Source: Magallana gigas (lineage: Eukaryota). From it: a stretch of 64,000 bases of DNA. The stretch spans positions 9,796,001 through 9,860,000 of the forward strand of contig NC_088857.1 of assembly GCF_963853765.1 (NCBI RefSeq), given 5' to 3'. Below, piece by piece: positions 54,601 to 64,000 of this stretch. A program made the translations under genes and the position numbers. The notes below the pieces were generated by a model. That model did no database searches. It saw only the letters and a program-made list of their open reading frames with translations, and was not told the origin of the DNA. The number at the start of each line of letters is the position of its first letter. Position 1 is the first letter of the stretch.

Positions 54601-57600
54601 GACGACTTCGACAAGTATGTCTACAACCACAGCTTTGCCAACGAGCACAAGCACAACTGAAGCCCCAACTACTTCATCAACAACACTGAGCAGCACTGCA
54701 AGTACAAGTACGGAGAGTAGCAGCACTTCTACTAGTACTCCATCAAGTACAACAACTGAGGCTCCTTCTAGTTTAGCAGAACAAATGACTACTACCACAA
54801 CCCCAGAAAGTACAACAGCTTCTACAAGCACCACCACGCCTTCAACGACAACCACTACTCAGGTTCCATCTACAACAACTGAAAGTAGCACAACATCAAC
54901 AAGTACACAACCCCCAACAAGTACAAGCACCACAACTGAGGCCACCACTACCTCAACAACGGAAACGACTACAACTACAACAACTACTCCAGAGACGACT
55001 TCGACAAGTACGTCTACAACCACAGCTTTGCCAACGAGCACAAGCACAACTGAAGCCCCAACTACTTCATCAACAACACTGAGCAGCACTGCAAGTACAA
55101 GTACGGAGAGTAGCAGCACTTCTACTAGTACTCCATCCAGTACAACAACTGAGGCTCCTTCTACCACAACCGAACAAATGAGTACTACCACAACCCCAGA
55201 AAGTACAACAGCTTCTACAAGCACCACCACGCCTTCAACGACAACCACCACTCAGGTTCCATCTACAACAACTGAAAGTAGCACAACATCAACAAGTACA
55301 CAACCCCCAACGAGTACAAGCACCACAACTGAGGCCACCACTACCTCAACAACGGAAACGACTACAACTACAACAAGTACTCCAGAGACGACTTCGACAA
55401 GTACGTCTACAACCACAGCTTTGCCAACGAGCACAAGCACAACTGAAGCCCCAACTACTTCATCAACAACACTGAGCAGCACTGCAAGTACAAGTACGGA
55501 GAGTAGAAGCACTTCTACTAGTACTCCATCAAGTACAACAACTGAGGCTCCTTCTAGTTTAGCAGAACAAATGACTACTACCACAACCCCAGAAAGTACA
55601 ACAGCTTCTACAAGCACCACCACGCCTTCAACGACAACCACTACTCAGGTTCCATCTACAACAACTGAAAGTAGCACAACATCAACAAGTACACAACCCC
55701 CAACAAGTACAAGCACCACAACTGAGGCCACCACTACCTCAACAACGGAAACGACTACAACTACAACAAGTACTCCAGAGACGACTTCGACAAGTACGTC
55801 TACAACCACAGCTTTGCCAACGAGCACAAGCACAACTGTGGCCCCAACTACTTCATCAACAACACTGAGCAGCACTGCAAGTACAAGTACGGAGAGTAGC
55901 AGCACTTCTACTAGTACTCCATCCAGTACAACAACTGAGGCTCCTTCTACCACAACCGAACAAATGAGTACTACCACAACCCCAGAAAGTACAACAGCTT
56001 CTACAAGCACCACCACGCCTTCAACGACAACCACCACTCAGGTTCCATCTACAACAACTGAAAGTAGCACAACATCAACAAGTACACAACCCCCAACGAG
56101 TACAAGCACCACAACTGAGGCCACCACTACCTCAACAACGGAAACGACTACAACTACAACAAGTACTCCAGAGACGACTTCGACAAGTACGTCTACAACC
56201 ACAGCTTTGCCAACGAGCACAAGCACAACTGAAGCCCCAACTACTTCATCAACAACACTGAGCAGCACTGCAAGTACAAGTACGGAGAGTAGAAGCACTT
56301 CTACTAGTACTCCATCAAGTACAACAACTGAGGCTCCTTCTAGTTTAGCAGAACAAATGACTACTACCACAACCCCAGAAAGTACAACAGCTTCTACAAG
56401 CACCACCACGCCTTCAACGACAACCACTACTCAGGTTCCATCTACAACAACTGAAAGTAGCACAACATCAACAAGTACACAACCCCCAACAAGTACAAGC
56501 ACCACAACTGAGGCCACCACTACCTCAACAACGGAAACGACTACAACTACAACAAGTACTCCAGAGACGACTTCGACAAGTACGTCTACAACCACAGCTT
56601 TGCCAACGAGCACAAGCACAACTGAAGCCCCAACTACTTCATCAACAACACTGAGCAGCACTGCAAGTACAAGTACGGAGAGTAGCAGCACTTCTACTAG
56701 TACTCCATCCAGTACATCAACTGAGGCTCCTTCTACCACAACCGAACAAATGAGTACTACCACAACCCCAGAAAGTACAACAGCTTCTACAAGCACCACC
56801 ACGCCTTCAACGACAACCACCACTCAGGTTCCATCTACAACAACTGAAAGTAGCACAACATCAACAAGTACACAACCCCCAACGAGTACAAGCACCACAA
56901 CTGAGGCCACCACTACCTCAACAACGGAAACGACTACAACTACAACAAGTACTCCAGAGACGACTTCGACAAGTACGTCTACAACCACAGCTTTGCCAAC
57001 GAGCACAAGCACAACTGAAGCCCCAACTACTTCATCAACAACACTGAGCAGCACTGCAAGTACAAGTACGGAGAGTAGCAGCACTTCTACTAGTACTCCA
57101 TCCAGTACAACAACTGAGGCTCCTTCTACCACAACCGAACAAATGAGTACTACCACAACCCCAGAAAGTACAACAGCTTCTACAAGCACCACCACGCCTT
57201 CAACGACAACCACCACCCAGGTTCCATCTACAACAACTGAAAGTAGCACAACATCAACAAGTACACAACCCCCAACGAGTACAAGCACCACAACTGAGGC
57301 CACCACTACCTCAACAACGGAAACGACTACAACTACAACAAGTACTCCAGAGACGACTTCGACAAGTATGTCTACAATCACAGCTTTGCCAACGAGCACA
57401 AGCACAACTGAAGCCCCAACTACTTCATCAACAACACTGAACAGCACTGCAAGTACAAGTACGGAGAGTAGCAGCACTTCTACTAGTACTCCATCCAGTA
57501 CAACAACTGAGGCTCCTTCTACCACAACCGAACAAATGAGTACTACCACAACCCCAGAAAGTACAACAGCTTCTACAAGCACCACCACGCCTTCAACGAC

Positions 57601-60600
57601 AACCACCACTCAGGTTCCATCTACAACAACTGAAAGTAGCACAACATCAACAAGTACACAACCCCCAACGAGTACAAGCACCACAACTGAGGCCACCACT
57701 ACCTCAACAACGGAAACGACTACAACTACAACAAGTACTCCAGAGACGACTTCGACAAGTACGTCTACAACAACAGCTTTGCCAACGAGCACAAGCACAA
57801 CTGAAGCCCCAACTACTTCATCAACAACACTGAGCAGCACTGCAAGTACAAGTACGGAGAGTAGCAGCACTTCTACTAGTACTCCATCAAGTTCAACAAC
57901 TGAGGCTCCTTCTACCACAACCGTACAAATGACTACTATCACAACCCCAGAAAGTACAACAGCTTCTACAAGCACCACCACGCCTTCAACGACAACCACT
58001 ACTCAGGTTCCATCTACAACAACTGAAAGTAGCACAACATCAACAAGTACACAACCCCCAACAAGTACAAGCACCACAACTGAGGCCACCACTACCTCTA
58101 CAACGGAAACGACTACAACTACAACAAGTACTCCAGAGACGACTTCGACAAGTACGTCTACAACCACAGCTTTGCCAACGAGCACAAGCACAACTGAAGC
58201 CCCAACTACTTCATCAACAACACTGAGCAGCACTGCAAGTACAAGTACGGAGAGTAGCAGCACTTCTACTAGTACTCCATCCAGTACAACAACTGAGGCT
58301 CCTTCTACCACAACCGAACAAATGACTACTACCAACACCCCAGAAAGTACAACAGCTTCTACAAGTGCCACCACGCCTTCAACGACAACCACCACTCAGG
58401 TTCCATCTACAACAACTGAAAGTAGCACAATATCAACAAGTACACAACCCCCAACGAGTACAAGCACCACAACTGAGGCCACCACTACCTCAACAACGGA
58501 AACGACTACAACTACAACAACTACTCCAGAGACGACTTCGACAAGTACGTCTACAACCACAGCTTTGCCAACGAGCACAAGCACAACTGAGGCCCCAACT
58601 ACTTCATCAACAACACTGAGCAGCACATCAAGTACAAGTACGGAGAGTAGCAGCACTTCTACTAGTACTCCATCCAGTACAACAACTGAGGCTCCTTCTA
58701 CTTTAGCAGAACAAATGACTACTACCACAACCCCAGAAAGTACAACAGCTTCTACAAGCACCACCACGCCTTCAACGACAACCACCACTCAGGTTCCATC
58801 TACAACAACTGAAAGTAGCACAACATCAACAAGTACAGAACCCCCAACGAGTACAAGCACCACAACTGAGGCCACCACTACCTCACCAACGGAAACGACT
58901 ACAACTACAACAAGTACTCCAGAGACGACTTCGACAAGTACGTCTACAACCACAGCTTTGCCAACGAGCACAAGCACAACTGAAGCCCCAACTACTTCAT
59001 CAACAACACTGAGCAGCACTGCAAGTACAAGTACGGAGAGTAGCAGCACTTCTACTAGTACTCCATCCAGTACAACAACTGAGGCTCCTTCTACCACAAC
59101 CGAACAAATGACTACTACCACAACCCCAGAAAGTACAACAGCTTCTACAAGTGCCACCACGCCTTCAACGACAACCACCACTCAGGTTCCATCTACAACA
59201 ACTGAAAGTAGCACAACATCAACAAGTACACAACCCCCAACGAGTACAAGCACCACAACTGAGGCCACCACTACCTCAACAACGGAAACGACTACAACTA
59301 CAACAAGTACTCCAGAGACGACTTCGACAAGTACGTCTACAACCACAGCTTTGCCAACGAGCACAAGCACAACTGAGGCCCCAACTACTTCATCAACAAC
59401 ACTGAGCAGCACTGCAAGTACAAGTACGGAGAGTAGCAGCACCTCTACTAGTACTCCATCCAGTACAACAACTGAGGCTCCTTCTACTTTAGCACAACAA
59501 ATGACTACTACCACAACCCCAGAAAGTACAACAGCTTCTACAAGCACCACCACGCCTTCAACGACAACCACCACTCAGGTTCCATCTACAACAACTGAAA
59601 GTAGCACAACATCAACAAGTACAGAACCCCCAACGAGTACAAGCACCACAACTGAGGCCACCACTACCTCAACAACGGAAACGACTACAACTACAACAAC
59701 TACTCCAGAGACGACTTCGACAAGTACGTCTACAACCACAGCTTTGCCAACGAGCACAAGCACAACTGAAGCCCCAACTACTTCATCAACAACACTGAGC
59801 AGCACTGCAAGTACAAGTACGGAGAGTAGCAGCACTTCTACTAGTACTCCATCAAGTACAACAACTGAGGCTCCTTCTAGTTTAGCAGAACAAATGACTA
59901 CTACCACAACCCCAGAAAGTACAACAGCTTCTACAAGCACCACCACGCCTTCAACGACAACCACTACTCAGGTTCCATCTACAACAACTGAAAGTAGCAC
60001 AACATCAACAAGTACACAACCCCCAACAAGTACAAGCACCACAACTGAGGCCACCACTACCTCAACAACGGAAACGACTACAACTACAACAAGTACTCCA
60101 GAGACGACTTCGACAAGTACGTCTACAACCACAGCTTTGCCAACGAGCACAAGCACAACTGAGGCCCCAACTACTTCATCAACAACACTGAGCAGCACTG
60201 CAAGTACAAGTACGGAGAGTAGCAGCACTTCTACTAGTACTCCATCCAGTACAACAACTGAGGCTCCTTCTACCACAACCGAACAAATGAGTACTACCAC
60301 AACCCCAGAAAGTACAACAGCTTCTACAAGCACCACCACGCCTTCAACGACAACCACCACTCAGGTTCCATCTACAACAACTGAAAGTAGCACAACATCA
60401 ACAAGTACACAACCCCCAACGAGTACAAGCACCACAACTGAGGCCACCACTACCTCAACAACGGAAACGACTACAACTATAACAAGTACTCCAGAGACGA
60501 CTTCGACAAGTATGTCTACAACCACAGCTTTGCCAACGAGCACAAGCACAACTGAAGCCCCAACTACTTCATCAACAACACTGAGCAGCACTGCAAGTAC

Positions 60601-63600
60601 AAGTACGGAGAGTAGCAGCACTTCTACTAGTACTCCATCAAGTACAACAACTGAGGCTCCTTCTAGTTTAGCAGAACAAATGACTACTACCACAACCCCA
60701 GAAAGTACAACAGCTTCTACAAGCACCACCACGCCTTCAACGACAACCACTACTCAGGTTCCATCTACAACAACTGAAAGTAGCACAACATCAACAAGTA
60801 CACAACCCCCAACAAGTACAAGCACCACAACTGAGGCCACCACTACCTCAACAACGGAAACGACTACAACTACAACAAGTACTCCAGAGACGACTTCGAC
60901 AAGTACGTCTACAACCACAGCTTTGCCAACGAGCACAAGCACAACTGAAGCCCCAACTACTTCATCAACAACACTGAGCAGCACTGCAAGTACAAGTACG
61001 GAGAGTAGCAGCACTTCTACTAGTACTCCATCCAGTACAACAACTGAGGCTCCTTCTACCACAACCGAACAAATGAGTACTACCACAACCCCAGAAAGTA
61101 CAACAGCTTCTACAAGCACCACCACGCCTTCAACGACAACCACCACTCAGGTTCCATCTACAACAACTGAAAGTAGCACAACATCAACAAGTACACAACC
61201 CCCAACGAGTACAAGCACCACAACTGAGGCCACCACTACCTCAACAACGGAAACGACTACAACTACAACAAGTACTCCAGAGACGACTTCGACAAGTACG
61301 TCTACAACCACAGCTTTGCCAACGAGCACAAGCACAACTGAAGCCCCAACTACTTCATCAACAACACTGAGCAGCACTGCAAGTACAAGTACGGAGAGTA
61401 GCAGCACTTCTACTAGTACTCCATCAAGTACAACAACTGAGGCTCCTTCTACCACAACCGAACAAATGAGTACTACCACAACCCCAGAAAGTACAACAGC
61501 TTCTACAAGCACCACCACGCCTTCAACGACAACCACCACCCAGGTTCCATCTACAACAACTGAAAGTAGCACAACATCAACAAGTACACAACCCCCAACG
61601 AGTACAAGCACCACAACTGAGGCCACCACTACCTCAACAACGGAAACGACTACAACTACAACAAGTACTCCAGAGACGACTTCGACAAGTATGTCTACAA
61701 TCACAGCTTTGCCAACGAGCACAAGCACAACTGAAGCCCCAACTACTTCATCAACAACACTGAACAGCACTGCAAGTACAAGTACGGAGAGTAGCAGCAC
61801 TTCTACTAGTACTCCATCCAGTACAACAACTGAGGCTCCTTCTACCACAACCGAACAAATGACTACTACCACAACCCCAGAAAGTACAACAGCTTCTACA
61901 AGCACCACCACGCCTTCAACGACAACCACCACTCAGGTTCCATCTACAACAACTGAAAGTAGCACAACATCAACAAGTACACAACCCCCAACGAGTACAA
62001 GCACCACAACTGAGGCCACCACTACCTCAACAACGGAAACGACTACAACTACAACAAGTACTCCAGAGACGACTTCGACAAGTACGTCTACAACAACAGC
62101 TTTGCCAACGAGCACAAGCACAACTGAAGCCCCAACTACTTCATCAACAACACTGAGCAGCACTGCAAGTACAAGTACGGAGAGTAGCAGCACTTCTACT
62201 AGTACTCCATCAAGTTCAACAACTGAGGCTCCTTCTACCACAACCGTACAAATGACTACTATCACAACCCCAGAAAGTACAACAGCTTCTACAAGCACCA
62301 CCACGCCTTCAACGACAACCACTACTCAGGTTCCATCTACAACAACTGAAAGTAGCACAACATCAACAAGTACACAACCCCCAACAAGTACAAGCACCAC
62401 AACTGAGGCCACCACTACCTCTACAACGGAAACGACTACAACTACAACAAGTACTCCAGAGACGACTTCGACAAGTACGTCTACAACCACAGCTTTGCCA
62501 ACGAGCACAAGCACAACTGAAGCCCCAACTACTTCATCAACAACACTGAGCAGCACTGCAAGTACAAGTACGGAGAGTAGCAGCACTTCTACTAGTACTC
62601 CATCCAGTACAACAACTGAGGCTCCTTCTACCACAACCGTACAAATGACTACTATCACAACCCCAGAAAGTACAACAGCTTCTACAAGCACCACCACGCC
62701 TTCAACGACAACCACCACTCAGGTTCCATCTACAACAACTGAAAGTAGCAAAGCATCAACAAGTACACAACCCCCAACGAGTAGAAGCACCACAACTGAG
62801 GCCACCACTACCTCAACAACGGAAACGACTACAACTACAACAACTACTCCAGAGACGACTTCGACAAGTACGTCTACAACCACAGCTTTGCCAACGAGCA
62901 CAAGCACAACTGAAGCCCCAACTACTTCATCAACAACACTGAACAGCACTGCAAGTACAAGTACGGAGAGTAGCAGCACTTCTACTAGTACTCCATCAAG
63001 TACAACAACTGAGGCTCCTTCTAGTTTAGCAGAACAAATGACTACTACCACAACCCCAGAAAGTACAACAGCTTCTTCAAGCACCACCACGCCTTCAACG
63101 ACAACCACCACTCAGGTTCCATCTACAACAACTGAAAGTAGCACAACATCAACAAGTACACAACCCCCAACGAGTACAAGCACCACAACTGAGGCCACCA
63201 CTACCTCAACAACGGAAACGACTACAACTACAACAAGTACTCCAGAGACGACTTCGACAAGTACGTCTACAACCACAGCTTTGCCAACGAGCACAAGCAC
63301 AACTGAGGCCCCAACTACTTCATCAACAACACTGAGCAGCACTGCAAGTACAAGTTCGGAGAGTAGCAGCACCTCTACTAGTACTCCATCCAGTACAACA
63401 ACTGAGGCTCCTTCTACTTTAGCAGAACAAATGACTACTACCACAACCCCAGAAAGTACAACAGCTTCTACAAGCACCACCACGCCTTCAACGACAACCA
63501 CCACTCAGGTTCCATCTACAACAACTGAAAGTAGCACAACATCAACAAGTACAGAACCCCCAACGAGTACAAGCACCACAACTGAGGCCACCACTACCTC

Positions 63601-64000
63601 AACAACGGAAACGACTACAACTACAACAACTACTCCAGAGACGACTTCGACAAGTACGTCTACAACCACAGCTTTGCCAACGAGCACAAGCACAACTGAA
63701 GCCCCAACTACTTCATCAACAACACTGAGCAGCACTGCAAGTACAAGTACGGAGAGTAGCAGCACTTCTACTAGTACTCCATCAAGTACAACAACTGAGG
63801 CTCCTTCTAGTTTAGCAGAACAAATGACTACTACCACAACCCCAGAAAGTACAACAGCTTCTACAAGCACCACCACGCCTTCAACGACAACCACTACTCA
63901 GGTTCCATCTACAACAACTGAAAGTAGCACAACATCAACAAGTACACAACCCCCAACAAGTACAAGCACCACAACTGAGGCCACCACTACCTCAACAACG
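27682..64000 (+). CDS. Giant secreted mucin-like protein: signal peptide, Kazal domain, then at least 8,800 aa of Thr/Ser tandem repeats (3' end beyond the window)
   Basis: Exons 27682-27699 (MSQQAE, tentative), 33619-33685 (RCGRACALLILAWVLYSVMVSS), 34935-35138 (GTIINIYPVFG..CSNCSLLTNVTVCASNNKTYKSECHLAESNCVNNENWKILHYGKC; Kazal C-x2-C-x8-C-x10-C-x6-C-x13-C) and 37476->64000. Phases are 0/1/1, and I found no stop in the repeat frame. The ORF track omits it, presumably because it has no stop in the window. Confidence 0.88.
28523..29050 (+). mobile_element. Palindrome-headed dispersed repeat, copy B (best preserved; ~155-bp hairpin at 28523-28679)
   Basis: ctttagtgattcattcgggatatgaaggtagcgacattgcagaaa / tttctgcaatgatcgctaccttcataacccgaatgaatcactaaag; the tail ccaatcgataaa..ggggcgtgt..tttctatagagctatgaattaac is shared with copy C. 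Confidence 0.85.
29269..29621. mobile_element. Non-autonomous Kolobok-like DNA transposon, copy 1
   Basis: TTAA flanks with termini AGCAATATGAGCTG ... CAACTCTTATTGCT; the internal sequence is shared with 36792-37145. A TTAA TSD with RR..YY ends is the Kolobok signature. Confidence 0.72.
32035..32202. mobile_element. MITE-like element with CATGCGCGGATCYAG-type TIRs
   Basis: catgtacgcatcaag ... ctagatccgcgcatg; same family as 3224-3401. Confidence 0.5.
33064..33510 (+). mobile_element. Palindrome-headed dispersed repeat, copy C (hairpin rearranged by a ~24-bp tandem duplication)
   Basis: Homologous to copy B over about 450 bp; caacgatcgctacccttataacc occurs twice. Confidence 0.8.
33704..33975. 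mobile_element. MITE with ~19-bp TIRs (TAGCCCTTTTCACAAAAAA)
   Basis: tagcccttttcacaaaaaa ... ttttttgtgaaaagggcta. Confidence 0.8.
34373..34693. mobile_element. MITE-like element with imperfect TIRs (AGGCACGTARCATC)
   Basis: caggcacgtaacatcg ... tgatgctgcgtgctta; a related fragment lies near 3660-3830. Confidence 0.45.
35377..35600. mobile_element. TA-flanked MITE with 15-bp TIRs (TACTGTGGAATCATT)
   Basis: tactgtggaatcatt ... aatgattccacagta, with internal ttcgtgg/ccacgaa subrepeats. Confidence 0.85.
36792..37145. mobile_element. Non-autonomous Kolobok-like DNA transposon, copy 2
   Basis: TTAA-AGCGATATGAGCTG ... CAGCTCATGTTGCT-TTAA; internal homology with 29269-29621. Confidence 0.78.
37568..64000 (+). 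repeat. Coding tandem array: 393-bp unit, about 67 copies, with higher-order repeats
   Basis: Antisense ORF boundaries recur on an exact 393-bp grid. Unit: QVPSTTTESSTTSTSTQPPTSTSTTTEATTTSTTETTTTTTSTPETTSTSTSTTTALPTSTSTTEAPTTSSTTLSSTASTSTESSSTSTSTPSSTTTEAPSTTTEQMTTTTTPESTTASTSTTTPSTTTTT (67 T, 32 S, 10 P, 9 E). Confidence 0.98.

Noticed and set aside
39501-59405. Gln/Pro/Leu-rich 84-aa plus-strand ORFs (MPPRLQRQ...)
   Set aside because: Off-frame readings of the mucin repeat, opened by a single GTG-creating variant.
37492-63894. About 60 Val-rich 129-392-aa ORFs on the minus strand
   Set aside because: Antisense shadows of the Thr-rich frame (NAC reads as GTN). They start at non-ATG codons and end at the same TGA once per unit; the real frame is on the plus strand with signal and Kazal exons.

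Overview
AT-rich, intron-containing eukaryotic DNA, most likely from a bivalve and probably an oyster (inferred from gene families and repeat types). Gene models were built by hand by chaining GT-AG exons with consistent phases. Left to right: (1) 5' part of a minus-strand secreted mucin with a small 6-Cys module (1-2264). (2) A plus-strand acidic protein ending in a TEX12-like helix (~2471-5982). (3) A minus-strand gene in which a PRDM7/9-type PR/SET domain sits inside a C-type lectin domain (6507 to ~9601/10069); this is the most unusual item. (4) SIAH E3 ligase on the minus strand (15550-22083). (5) An intronless stand-alone NHL/beta-propeller ORF (24624-25637). (6) A giant plus-strand mucin: signal peptide, Kazal domain, then one exon of at least 26.5 kb with about 67 tandem 393-bp (131-aa, ~76% Thr+Ser) units showing higher-order duplication, running off the window end. 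Introns and spacers hold many MITE-like, Kolobok-like and palindromic elements plus microsatellites. The many Val-rich minus-strand ORFs are antisense shadows of the mucin frame. No database searches were run; homology calls come from motif recognition.
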